NCBI GenBank assembly: GCA_964016885.1
Contig: OZ024741.1
Location: forward strand, 64,108,001-64,172,000
From: Eledone cirrhosa
Taxonomy: Eukaryota
Direction of reading: 5' to 3'
Length of the DNA: 64,000 bases
Both the position numbers and the translations under genes were made by a program. The notes beneath the pieces were generated by a model that saw only the letters and a list, made by a program, of their open reading frames with translations, was not told the origin of the DNA and made no database searches. Below are positions 15,001 through 31,900 of this stretch, in pieces (the stretch's first letter is position 1; each line of letters opens with the position of its first letter).

Positions 15001-17210
15001 AACCATACCAACCAAACCAACCACACCAACCAGACCAACCAAACCAACCATACCAACCAGACCAACCACACCAACCAAACCAACCAAACCAACCACACCA
15101 ACCACACCAACCACAACAAACACACCAACCGTACCAACCGAACCAACCACACCAACCATACCAACCATACCAACCGTACCAACCGAACCAACCAAACCAA
15201 CCACACCAACCACACCAACCATACCAACTAAACCAACCAAACCAACGAAACCAACCACACCAACCACACCAACCACACCAACCACACCAACCACACCAAC
15301 CACACCAACCATACCAACCACACCAAACAAACCAACCATACCAACCATACCAACCAAACCAACTATACCAACCATACCAACCACACCAACCAAACCAACC
15401 ATACCAACCAAACCAAACAAACCAACCATACCAACCATACCAACCAAACCAACTATACTAACCAAACCAACCACACCAACCATACCAACCATACCAACCA
15501 CACCAACCACACTAACCACTCCAACCAAACCAACCATACCAACCATACCAACCAAACCAACCACACCAACCATACCAACCATACCAACCACACCAACCAC
15601 ACTAACCACACCAACCAAACCAACCATACCAACCATACCAACCAAACCAACCACACCAACCATACCAACCAAACCAACCAGACCAACCATATCGACCATA
15701 CCAACCAAACCAACCAAACCAACCACACCAACCACACCAACCATACCAACCAAGCCAACCATACCAACCAAACCAACCACACCAACCAAACCAACCATAC
15801 CAACCATACTAACCATACCAACCACACCAACCATACCAACCATACCAACCAGACCAACCACACTGACCACACCAACCAAACCAACCATACCAACCATACC
15901 AACCAGACCAACCACACCAACCGTACCAACCAAACCAACCACACCAAACATACCAACCAAACCAACCACACCAACCATACCAACCATACCAACCAAACCA
16001 ACCAGACCAACCATACCAACCATACCAACCAAACCAACCTAACCAACCACACCAACCACACCAACCGTACCAACCAAACCAACCACAACAAACATACCAA
16101 CCATACCAACCAAACCAACCACACCAACCAAACCAACCATACCAACCATACTAACCAAACCAACCACACCAACCATACCAACCATACCAACCACACCAAC
16201 CACACTAACCACACCAACCAAACCAACCATACCAACCATACCAACCATACCAACCAGACCAAACACACCAACCGTACCAACCAAACCAACCACACCAAAC
16301 ATACCAACCAAACCAACCACACCAATCATACCAACCATACCAACCAAACCAACCAGACCAACCATACCAACCATACCAACCAAACCAACCAAACCAACCA
16401 AACCAACCACACCAACCATACCAACCATACCAACCGAACCAACCATACCAACCAAACCAACCATACCAACCAAACCAACCACAACAACCATACCAACCAA
16501 ACCAACCAAACCAACCAAACCAACAAAACCACCCACACCAACCACACCAACGATACCAACCAAACCAACTATACCAACCACACCAACCATACCAACCATA
16601 CCAACCACACCAACCACACCAACCAAACCAACCACACCAACCATACCAACCAAACCAACTATACCAACCACACCAACCATACCAACCATACCAACCACAC
16701 CAACCACACCAACCAAACCAACCAAACCAACCACACCAACCATACCAACCACACCAACCATACCAACCATACCAACCATACCAACCAAACCAACCACACC
16801 AACCACACCAACCAAACTATCCAAACCAACCATACCAACATAAACAAATCACACCAACCATACCAACCATAACAACCATACCAACCATACCAAGCAAACC
16901 AACCACACCAACCAAACCAACCATAGCAACCAAACCAACCACACTAACAATACCAACCAAACCAACCACACCAACCATACCAACCAAACCAACCACACCA
17001 ACCAGACCAACCATACCAACCAAACCAACCAAACCAACCTCACCAACCATACCAACAAAACCAACCAAACCAACCAAACCAACCATACCAACCAAACCAA
17101 CCACACCAACCAAACCAACCACACCAACCATACCAACCAAACCAACCACACCAACCATACCAACCAAACCAACAACACCAACAATACCAACCAGACCAAC
17201 CATACCAACC
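6030..17210 (+). repeat. Higher-order tandem duplication within the array (about 6030-11908 vs 11909-17210)
   Basis: Shared rare markers recur at offsets of about 5.3-5.9 kb: TAA variant at 10603/16040 and irregular block AACTATCC...CATAAACAAATCAC at 11531/16815. Near-identical ORF-track translations occur at offsets 5797, 5410 and 5401. Confidence 0.9.
6720..7800 (+). repeat. 387-bp (43-monomer) higher-order repeat, about 3 copies
   Basis: Identical ORF-track peptides 6889..7161 and 7276..7548; the AAACCAAACAAACAA marker is at about 6760, 7147 and 7534. Confidence 0.9.
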
Positions 17211-20200
17211 ATACCAACCAAAGCAACCACACCAACCACAGCAACCATACCAACCAAACCAACCACATCAACCACACCAACCATAACAACCAAACCAAAT
17301 ATAGCATCCAAACCAACCACACCAACCACACCAACCATACCAACTAAACCAACCAAACCAACAAAACCAACCACACCAACCACACCAACCACAACAACCA
17401 TACCAACCAAACCAACCACACCAACCACACCAACCATACCAACCATACCAACCATACCAACCATACCAACCAAAGCAACCACACCAACCACACCAACCAT
17501 AACAACCAAACCAACTATAGCATCCAAACCAACCATACCAAACATACCAACCACACCAACCATACCAACCATACCAACCATACCAACGAAACCAACCACA
17601 CCAACCACACCTACCACACCAACCACACCAACCATACCAACCATACCAACCACACCAACCAAACCAACCAAGCCAACCACACCAAACACATCAACCATAC
17701 CAACCAAACCAAAGAAACCAACCACACCAACTGTACCAACCATACCAACCAAACCAACCACACCAACCATACCAACCAAACCAACCACACCAACCATACC
17801 AACCAAACCAACCACACCAACCATAACAACCACACCAACCACACCAACCATACCAACCGTACCAACCAAACCAACCAAACCAACCACACCAACCACACCA
17901 ACCATACCAACCAAACCAACCATACCAACCAAACCAACTATAGCATCCAAACCAACCACACCAACCACACCAAACATACCAACTAAACCAACCAAACCAA
18001 CGAAACCAACCACACCAACCACACCAACCACAACAACCATACCAACCAAACCAACCATACCAACCAAACCAACCACACCAACCACACCAACCATACCAAC
18101 CATACCAACCATACCAACCATACCAACCAAACCAACCACACCAACCACACCAAATATACCAACTAAACCAACCAAACCAACGAAACCAACCACACCAACC
18201 ACACCAACCACATCAAACACACCAACCATACCAACCATACCAACCATACCAACCAAACCAACCATACCAACCATACCAACCAAACCAACCACACCAACCA
18301 TACCAACCAAACCAACCACACCAACCATACCAACCAAACCAACCACACCAACCATACCAACCAGACCAACCATACCAACCAAACCAACCAAACCAACCAC
18401 ACCAATCATACCAACAAAACCAACCAAACCAACCAAACCAACCATACCAACCAAACCAACCACACCAACCAAACCAACCACACCAACCATACCAACCAAA
18501 CCAACCACACCAACAATACCAACCAGACCAACCAAACCAACCACTCCAACCATACCAACAAAACCAACCAAACAAACCAAACCAACCATACCAACCAAAC
18601 CAACCACACCAACCAAACCAACCACACCAACCATAACAACCAAACCAACTATAGCATCCAAACCAACCACACCAACCATACCAACTAAACCAACCAAACC
18701 AACAAAACCAACCACACCAACCACACCAACCAAACCAACCAAACCAACCATACCAACCATACCAACAAAACCAACCAAACCAACCAAACCAACCATACCA
18801 ACCAAACCAACCACACCAACCATACCAACCAAACCAACCACACCAACCATACCAACCAGACCAACCATACCAACCAAACCAACCAAACCAACCACACCAA
18901 CCATACCAACAAAACCAACCAAACCAACCAAACCAACCATACCAACCAAACCAACCACACCAACCAAACCAACCACACCAACCATACCAACCAAACCAAC
19001 CACACCAACAATACCAACCAGACCAACCAAACCAACCACTCCAACCATACCAACAAAACCAACAAAACCAACCAAACAAACCAAACCAACCATACCAACC
19101 AAACCAACCACACCAACCAAACCAACCACACCAACCATAACAACCAAACCAACTATAGCATCCAAACCAACCACACCAACCATACCAACTAAACCAACCA
19201 AACCAACGAAACCAACCACACCAACCACACCAACCACACCAAACATACCAACTAAACCATACAAACCAACGAAACCAACCACACCAACCACACCAACCAC
19301 AACAACCATACCAACCAAACCAACCATACCAACCAAACCAACCACACCAACCACACCAACCATACCAACCATACCAACCATACCAACCATACCAAACAAA
19401 CCAACCACACCATCCACACCAAATATACCAACTAAACCAACCAAACCAACAAAACCAACCACACCAACCACACCAACCACACCAACCACACCAACCATAC
19501 CAACCATACCAACCATACCAACCATACCAACCAAAGCAACCACACCAACCACAGCAACCATACCAACCAAACCAACCATACCAACTAAACCAACCACACC
19601 AACCACACCAACCAAACCAACCAAACCAACCACACCAAACACATCAAACATACCAACCAAACCAACCATACCAACCAAACCAAAGAAACCAACCACACCA
19701 ACCATGCCAACCATACCAACCATACCAACCAAACCAACCACACCAACCATACCAACCAAACCAACCACACCAAACATACCAACCAAACCAACCACACCAA
19801 CCATAACAACCATACCAACCATACCAACCAAACCAACCACACCAACCATACCAACCAAACCAACCACACCAAACATACCAACCATACCAACCACACCAAC
19901 CACACCAACCACACCAACCACACCAACCATACTAACCAAACCAACCACACCAACCACACCAACCAAACCAACCAAACCAACCACACCAACCATACCAACC
20001 ATACCAACCATACCAACCAAACCAACCACACTAACCATACCAACCAAACCAACAACACCAACCACACCAACCAAACCAAACAAACCAACCACACCAACCA
20101 TACCAACCATACCAACCATACCAACCACACCAACCACACCAACCACACCAACCAAACCAACCACACCAACCACACCAACCATACCAACCACACCAACCAA

Positions 20201-22129
20201 ACCAACCATACCAACCACACCAACCATACCAACCATACCAACCATACCAACCAAACCAACGCACCAACCATACCAACCATACCAACCAAACCAATCACAC
20301 CAACCGCACCAACCAAACTATCCAAACCAACCATACCAACATAAACAAATCACACCAACCATACCAACCATACCAAGCAAACCAACCACACCAACCAAAC
20401 CAACCATACTAACCAAACCAACCACACCAACCATACCAACCAAACCAACCAAACCAACCATACCAACCAAACCAACCACACCAACCATACCAACCATACC
20501 AACCAAACCAACCACACCAACCATACCAACCATACCAACCACACCAACCATACCAACCATACCAACCACACCAACCATACCAACCAAACCAACCACACCA
20601 ACCATACCAACCAAACCAACCACACCAACCATACCAACCAAACCAACCACACCAACCATACCAACCAAACCAACCAGACCAACCATACCAACCAAACCAA
20701 CCACACCAACCATACCAACAAAACCAACCAAACCAACCAAACCAACCATACCAACCAAACCAACCACACCAACCAAACCAACCATACCAACCAGACCAAC
20801 CACACGAACCATACCAACCAAACCAACCACACCAACCATACCAACCATACCAGCCACACCAACCACACCAAACATACCAACTAAACCAACGATACCAACC
20901 AAACCAACCACACCAACCACGCCAACCACACCAACCATACCAACCAAACCAAAGAAACCAACCACACCAACCATACCAACCATACCAACCATACCAATCA
21001 TACCAACCAAACCAACCACACCAAACATACCAACCAAACCAACCACACCAACCATACCAACCAAACCAACCAAACCAACCATACCAACCAAACCAACCAC
21101 ACCAACCATACCAACCATACCAACCAAACCAACCACACCAACCATACCAACCACACCAACCATACCAACCATACCAACCACACCAACCATACCAACCATA
21201 CCAACCACACCAACCATACCAACCAAACCAACCACACCAACCATACCAACCAGACCAACCATACCAACCAAACCAACCACACCAACCATACCAACAAAAC
21301 CAACCAAACCAACCAAACCAACCATACCAACCAAACCAACCACACCAACCAAACCAACCATACCAACCAGACCAACCACACGAACCATACCAACCAAACC
21401 AACCACACCAACCATACCAACCATACCAGCCACACCAACCACACCAAACATACCAACTAAACCAACGATACCAACCAAACCAACCACACCAACCACGCCA
21501 ACCACACCAACCATACCAACCAAACCAAAGAAACCAACCACACCAACCATACCAACCATACCAACCATACCAACCATACCAACCAAACCAACCAAACCAA
21601 CCACGCCAACCACACCAACCATACCAACCAGACCAACCACACGAACCATACCAACCAAACCAACCACACCAACCATACCAACCATACCAGCCACACCAAC
21701 CACACCAAACATACCAACTAAACCAACGATACCAACCAAACCAACCACACCAACCACGCCAACCACACCAACCATACCAACCAAACCAAAGAAACCAACC
21801 ACACCAACCATACCAACCACACCAACCATACCAACCATACCAACCAAACCAACCAAACCAACCACGCCAACCACACCAACCATACCAACCAAACCAAAGA
21901 AACCAAACACGCCAACCATACCAACCATACCAACCATACCAATCATACCAACCAAACCAACCACACCAAACATACCAACCAAACTAACCACACCAACCAT
22001 ACCAACCACACCAACCACACCAACCATAACAACCAAACCAACCACACCAACCTCACCAATCAGGCCAACCAAACCAACCACACCAACCATACCAACCAAA
22101 CCAACCATACCAACCATACCAACCACACC

Positions 22130-25100
22130 AACCATACCAACCAAACCAAAGAAACCAACCACACCAACCATACCAACCATACCAACCAAACCAACCAAAC
22201 CAACCACGCCAACCACACCAACCATACCAACCAAACCAAAGAAACCAAACACGCCAACCATACCAACCATACCAACCATACCAATCATACCAACCAAACC
22301 AACCACACCAAACATACCAACCAAACTAACCACACCAACCATACCAACCACACCAACCACACCAACCATAACAACCAAACCAACCACACCAACCATACCA
22401 ACCAAACCAACCATACCAACCATACCAACCACACCAACCATACCAACCAAACCAACCATACCAACCATACCAACCAAACCAACCATACCAACCAAACCAA
22501 CCACACCAACCATACCAACCAAACCAACCATACCAACCAAACCAACAACACCAACCACACCAACCAAACCAACCAAACCAACCACACCAACCATACCAAC
22601 CATACCAACCATACCAACCACACCAACCACACCAACCATACCAACCAAACCAACCACACCAACCATACCAAGCATACCAACCACACCAACCACATTAACC
22701 ATACCAACCAAACCAACCACACCAACCATACCAACCATACCAACCAAACCAACCACACCAACCATACCAACCATACCAACCAAACCAACCAAACCAACCA
22801 CACCAACCAAACCAACCATACCAACCAAACCAACCAAACCAACCATACCAACCAAACCAACCACACCAACCATACCAAACATACCAACCACACCAACCAC
22901 AATAACCATACCAACCAAACCAACCACACCAACCCCACCAACCACAACAAACACACCAACCGTACCAACCAAACCAACCATACCAACCATACCAACCAAA
23001 CCAACCATACCAACTAAACCAACCACACCAACCACACCAACTATACCAACCAAACCAACCAAACCAACGATACCAACGATACCAACCAAACCAACCACAC
23101 CAACCACACCAACCACAACCAACCATACCAACCAACCCAACCATACCAACCAACCACACCAACCACACCAACCATACCAACCAAACCAACCATACCAACC
23201 ATACCAACTAAACCAACCACACCAACCACACCAACCATACCAACCAAACCAAACATACCAACCAAACCAACCAAACCAACCACACCAAACATACCAACCA
23301 TACCAACCAAACCAACCATACCAAATATACCAACCACACCAACCACAATAACGATACCAACCAAACCAACAACACCAACCACAACAACCAAACCAACCAA
23401 ACCAACCACACCAACCATACCAACCATACCAACCATACCAACCACACCAACCACAACAACCATACCAACCAAACCAACCACACCAACCATACCAACCATA
23501 CCAACCATACCAACCACACCAACCACAACAACCATACCAACCAAACCAACCATACCAAACAAACCAACCAAACCAACCATACCAAATATACCAACCACAC
23601 CAACCACAATAACCATACCAACCAAACCAACCATACCAACCATACCAACCAGACCAACCACACCAACCGTACCAACCAAACCAACCACACCAACCACACC
23701 AACTATAGCATCCAAACCAACTGAACCAACCATACCAACCAAACCAACCAAACCAACCATACCAAACATACCAACCACACCAACCACAACAACCATACCA
23801 ACCAAACCAACCATAACAACCAAACCAACCACACCAACCACACCAACCATACCAACCACAGCAACCATACCAACCAAACCAACCAAACCAACCAAACCAA
23901 CGAAACCAACCACACCAACCAAACCAACCACACCAACCACAACAACCATACCAACCAAACCAACCATACCAACCACACCAACCATACCAACCATACCAAC
24001 CAAACCAACCACACCAACCACACCAACCATACCAACCATACCAACCATACCAACCATACCAACCAAACCAACCACACCAACCACACCAAATATACCAACT
24101 AAACCAACCAAACAAACGAAACCATCCACACCAACCACACCAACCACACCAACCACACCAACCATACCAACCATACCAACCATACCAACCATACCAACCA
24201 AAGCAACCTCACCAACCACAGCAACCATACCAACCAAACCAACCATACCAACTAAACCAACCACACCAACCACACCAACCAAACCAACCACACCAACCAC
24301 ATCAACCATACCAACTAAACCAACCATACCAACCAATAAAAGAAACCAACCACACCAACCATACCAACCAAACCAACCACACCAAACATACCAACCAAAC
24401 CAACCACACCAACCATAACAACCACACCAACCACACCAACCATACCAACCACACCAACCACACCAACCATACTAACCAAACCAACCACACCAACCACACC
24501 AACCACACCAACCACACCAACCACATTAACCATACCAAGCAAACCAACCACACTAACCATACCAACCAAACAAACCACACCAACCAAACCAACCAAACCA
24601 ACCACAACAACCATACCAACCATACCAACCATACCAACCACACCAACCACACCAACCATACCAACCAAACCAACCACACCAACCATACCAACCATACCAA
24701 CCACACCAACCAAACCAACCATACCAACCAAACCAACCAAACCAACCATACTAACCAAACTAACCACACCAACCATAACAACCATACCAACCATACCAAC
24801 CATACCAACCATACCAACCACACCAACCACACCAACCATACCAACCAAACCAACCACACCAACCATACCAACCACACCAACCATACCAACCAAACAAACC
24901 ACACCAACCAAACCAACCAAACCAACCACAACAACCATACCAACCATACCAACCATACCAACCACACCAACCACACCAACCATACCAACCAAACCAACCA
25001 CACCAACCATACCAACCATACCAACCACACCAACCAAACCAACCATACCAACCAAACCAACCAAACCAACCATACTAACCAAACTAACCACACCAACCAT

Positions 25101-28100
25101 AACAACCATACCAACCATACCAACCATACCAACCATAACAACCATACCAACCATACCAACCATACCAACCATACCAACCAAACCAACCATACCAACCACA
25201 CCAACCAGACCAACCACACCAACCGTACCAACCAAACCAACCACAACAACCATACCAACCATACCAACCAAACCAACCACACCAACCATACCAACCATAC
25301 CAACCAAACCAACCAGACCAACCATACCAACCATACCAACCATACCAACCAAACCAACCAAACCAACCACACCAACCACACCAACCATACCAACCAAACC
25401 AACCATACAAACCAAACCAACCACACCAACCAAACCAACCATACCAACCAAACCAACCAAACCAACCATACTAACCAAACCAACCGCACCAACCATAACA
25501 ACCATACCAACCACACCAACCACACTAACCATACCAACCAAAACAACCATACCAACCATACCAACCAAACCAAAGAAACCAACCACACCAACCATACCAA
25601 CCATACCAACCAAACCAACCAAACCAACCACGCCAACCACACCAACCATACCAACCAAACCAAAGAAACCAAACACGCCAACCATACCAACCATACCAAC
25701 CATACCAATCATACCAACCAAACCAACCACACCAAACATACCAACCAAACTAACCACACCAACCATACCAACCACACCAACCACACCAACCATAACAACC
25801 AAACCAACCACACCAACCATACCAACCAAACCAACCATACCAACCATACCAACCACACCAACCATACCAACCAAACCAACCATACCAACCATACCAACCA
25901 AACCAACCATACCAACCAAACCAACCACACCAACCATACCAACCAAACCAACCATACCAACCAAACCAACAACACCAACCACACCAACCAAACCAACCAA
26001 ACCAACCACACCAACCATACCAACCATACCAACCATACCAACCACACCAACCACACCAACCATACCAACCAAACCAACCACACCAACCATACCAAGCATA
26101 CCAACCACACCAACCACATTAACCATACCAACCAAACCAACCACACCAACCATACCAACCATACCAACCAAACCAACCACACCAACCATACCAACCATAC
26201 CAACCAAACCAACCAAACCAACCACACCAACCAAACCAACCATACCAACCAAACCAACCAAACCAACCATACCAACCAAACCAACCACACCAACCATACC
26301 AAACATACCAACCACACCAACCACAATAACCATACCAACCAAACCAACCACACCAACCCCACCAACCACAACAAACACACCAACCGTACCAACCAAACCA
26401 ACCATACCAACCATACCAACCAAACCAACCATACCAACTAAACCAACCACACCAACCACACCAACTATACCAACCAAACCAACCAAACCAACGATACCAA
26501 CGATACCAACCAAACCAACCACACCAACCACACCAACCACAACCAACCATACCAACCAACCCAACCATACCAACCAACCACACCAACCACACCAACCATA
26601 CCAACCAAACCAACCATACCAACCATACCAACTAAACCAACCACACCAACCACACCAACCATACCAACCAAACCAAACATACCAACCAAACCAACCAAAC
26701 CAACCACACCAAACATACCAACCATACCAACCAAACCAACCATACCAAATATACCAACCACACCAACCACAATAACGATACCAACCAAACCAACAACACC
26801 AACCACAACAACCAAACCAACCAAACCAACCACACCAACCATACCAACCATACCAACCATACCAACCACACCAACCACAACAACCATACCAACCAAACCA
26901 ACCACACCAACCATACCAACCATACCAACCATACCAACCACACCAACCACAACAACCATACCAACCAAACCAACCATACCAAACAAACCAACCAAACCAA
27001 CCATACCAAATATACCAACCACACCAACCACAATAACCATACCAACCAAACCAACCATACCAACCATACCAACCAGACCAACCACACCAACCGTACCAAC
27101 CAAACCAACCACACCAACCACACCAACTATAGCATCCAAACCAACTGAACCAACCATACCAACCAAACCAACCAAACCAACCATACCAAACATACCAACC
27201 ACACCAACCACAACAACCATACCAACCAAACCAACCATAACAACCAAACCAACCACACCAACCACACCAACCATACCAACCACAGCAACCATACCAACCA
27301 AACCAACCAAACCAACCAAACCAACGAAACCAACCACACCAACCAAACCAACCACACCAACCACAACAACCATACCAACCAAACCAACCATACCAACCAC
27401 ACCAACCATACCAACCATACCAACCAAACCAACCACACCAACCACACCAACCATACCAACCATACCAACCATACCAACCATACCAACCAAACCAACCACA
27501 CCAACCACACCAAATATACCAACTAAACCAACCAAACAAACGAAACCATCCACACCAACCACACCAACCACACCAACCACACCAACCATACCAACCATAC
27601 CAACCATACCAACCATACCAACCAAAGCAACCTCACCAACCACAGCAACCATACCAACCAAACCAACCATACCAACTAAACCAACCACACCAACCACACC
27701 AACCAAACCAACCACACCAACCACATCAACCATACCAACTAAACCAACCATACCAACCAATAAAAGAAACCAACCACACCAACCATACCAACCAAACCAA
27801 CCACACCAAACATACCAACCAAACCAACCACACCAACCATAACAACCACACCAACCACACCAACCATACCAACCACACCAACCACACCAACCATACTAAC
27901 CAAACCAACCACACCAACCACACCAACCACACCAACCACACCAACCACATTAACCATACCAAGCAAACCAACCACACTAACCATACCAACCAAACAAACC
28001 ACACCAACCAAACCAACCAAACCAACCACAACAACCATACCAACCATACCAACCATACCAACCACACCAACCACACCAACCATACCAACCAAACCAACCA

Positions 28101-28985
28101 CACCAACCATACCAACCATACCAACCACACCAACCAAACCAACCATACCAACCAAACCAACCAAACCAACCATACTAACCAAACTAACCACACCAACCAT
28201 AACAACCATACCAACCATACCAACCATACCAACCATACCAACCACACCAACCACACCAACCATACCAACCAAACCAACCACACCAACCATACCAACCACA
28301 CCAACCATACCAACCAAACAAACCACACCAACCAAACCAACCAAACCAACCACAACAACCATACCAACCATACCAACCATACCAACCACACCAACCACAC
28401 CAACCATACCAACCAAACCAACCACACCAACCATACCAACCATACCAACCACACCAACCAAACCAACCATACCAACCAAACCAACCAAACCAACCATACT
28501 AACCAAACTAACCACACCAACCATAACAACCATACCAACCATACCAACCATACCAACCATAACAACCATACCAACCATACCAACCATACCAACCATACCA
28601 ACCAAACCAACCATACCAACCACACCAACCAGACCAACCACACCAACCGTACCAACCAAACCAACCACAACAACCATACCAACCATACCAACCAAACCAA
28701 CCACACCAACCATACCAACCATACCAACCAAACCAACCAGACCAACCATACCAACCATACCAACCATACCAACCAAACCAACCAAACCAACCACACCAAC
28801 CACACCAACCATACCAACCAAACCAACCATACAAACCAAACCAACCACACCAACCAAACCAACCATACCAACCAAACCAACCAAACCAACCATACTAACC
28901 AAACCAACCGCACCAACCATAACAACCATACCAACCACACCAACCACACTAACCATACCAACCAAAACAACCATACCAACCATAC
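22130..28985 (+). repeat. Near-perfect 3424-bp tandem duplication within the array
   Basis: Several ORF-track peptides are identical at offset 3424 (22285/25709, 23041/26465, 25084/28508), including indel irregularities at about 23115/26539 and 24331/27755. Confidence 0.92.
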
Positions 28986-31900
28986 CAACCAGACCAACCA
29001 CACCAACCGTACCAACCAAACCAACCACAACAAACATACCAACCATACCAACCAAACCAACCACACCCACCATACCAACCATACCAACCAAACCAACCAG
29101 ACCAACCATACCAACCATACCAACCAAACCAACCAAACCAACCACACCAACCACACCAACGATACCAACCAAACCAACCATACCAACCAAACCACCCACA
29201 TCAACCACACCAACGATACCAACCAAACCAACCATACCAACCACACCAACCACACCAACCAAACCAATCAAACCAAACAAACAAACCAAACCAACCATAC
29301 CAACCAAACTAAACACACCAACCATACCAACCATACCAACCACACCAACCACGCCAACCATACCAACCAAACCAACGATACCAACCAAACCAACCACACC
29401 AACCACGCCAACCACACCGAACACAGCAACCATACCAACCAAACCAACCATACCAATCAAACTAAACACACCAACCATACCAACCACACCAACCACACCA
29501 ACCATACCAACCAAACCAACCATACCAACCATACCACCCAAACCAACCACACCGAACACAGCAACCATACCAACCAAACCAACCATACCAACTAAACAAA
29601 CCACACCAACCACACCAACCATACCAACCAAACCAACCATACCAACCAAACCAACCAAACCAACCACACCAACCACACCAACCATACCAACCATACCAAC
29701 CAGACCAACCACACCAACCGTACCAACCAAACCAACCACAACAACCATACCAACCATACCAACCAAACCAACCACACCAACCATACCAACCATACCAACC
29801 AAACCAACCAGACCAACCATACCAACCATACCAACCAAACCAACCAAACCAACCACACCAACCACACCAACCATACCAAGCAAACCAACCATACCAACCA
29901 AACCAACCACACCAACCAAACCAACCATACCAACCAAACCAACCAAACCAACCATACTAACCAAACCAACCACACCAACCATAACAACCATACCAACCAC
30001 ACCAACCACACTAACCATACCAACCAAACCAACCATACCAACCATACCAACCAGACCAACCACACCAACCGTACCAACCAAACCAACCAGACCAACCATA
30101 CCAACCATACCAACCAAACCAACCACACCAACCATACCATCCAAACTAACCACACCAACCATACCAACCACGCCAACAACACCAACCATACCAACCAAAC
30201 CAACCACACCAACCACACCAACGATACCAATCAAACCAACCATACCAACCAAACGACCCACACCAACCACACCAACGATACCAACCAAACCAACCATACC
30301 AACCACACCAACCACACCAACCAAACCAACCAAACCAACCACACCAACCAAACCAACCAAACCAACCACACCAACCACACCAACCATACCAACCATACCA
30401 ACCAGACCAACCACACCAACCGTACCAACCAAACCAACCACAACAACCATACCAACCATACCAACCAAACCAACCACACCAACCATACCAACCATACCAA
30501 CCAAACCAACCAGACCAACCATACCAACCATACCAACCAAACCAACCAAACCAACCACACCAACCACACCAACCATACCAACCAAACCAACCACACAAAA
30601 CAAACCAACCATACCAACCAAACCAACCAAACCAACCATACCAACCATACCACCCAAACCAACCACACCGAACACAGCAACCATACCAACCAAACCAACC
30701 ATACCAACTAAACAAACCACACCAACCACACCAACCATACCAACCAAACCAACCATACCAACCAAACCAACCAAACCAACCACACCAACCATACCAACCA
30801 AACCAACCATACCAACCAAACCAACCATACCAACCAAACCAACCATACCAACTAAACAAACCACACCAACCACACCAACCACACCAACCATACCAACCAA
30901 TCCAACCAAACCAACCAAACCAACCATACCAACCACACCAACCATACCAACCAAACCAAACAAACCAACCACACCAACCATACCAACCATACCAACCAAA
31001 CCAAACAAACCAACCACACCAACCATGCCAACCATACCAACCATACCAACCAAACCAACCACACCAACCATACCATCCAAACTAACCACACCAACCATAC
31101 CAACCACGCCAACAACACCAACCATACCAACCAAACCAACCACACCAACCACACCGACCATACCAACCAAACCAACCATACCAACCAGACCAACTACACC
31201 AACCGTACCATCCAAACTAACCACACCAACCATACCAACCACGCCAACAACACCAACCATACCAACCAAACCAACCACACCAACCACACCAACCATACCA
31301 ACCATACCAACCAAACCAACCACACCAACCATACCATCCAAACTAACCACACCAACCATACCAACCACGCCAACAACACCAACCATACCAACCAAACCAA
31401 CCACACCAACCACACCAACCATACCAACCATACCAACCAAACCAACCACACCAACCATACCATCCAAACTAACCACACCAACCATACCAACCACGCCAAC
31501 AACACCAACCATACCAACCAAACCAACCACACCAACCACACCAACCATACCAACCAAACCAACCATACCAACCAAACCAACCACACCAACCATACCATCC
31601 AAACTAACCACACCAATCATACCAACCAAACCAACCACACCAACCACACCAACCATACCAACCAAACCAACCACACCAACCATACCAACCATACCAACGA
31701 AACCAACCACACCAACCATACCAACCATACCAACCAAACCAACCACACCAACCATACCAACCACACCAACCACACCAACCATACCAACCATACCAACCAG
31801 ACCAACCACACCAACCGTACCAACCATACGAACCAAACCAACCACACCAACCACACCAACCATACCAACCACACCAACCACACCAACCACACCAATCATA

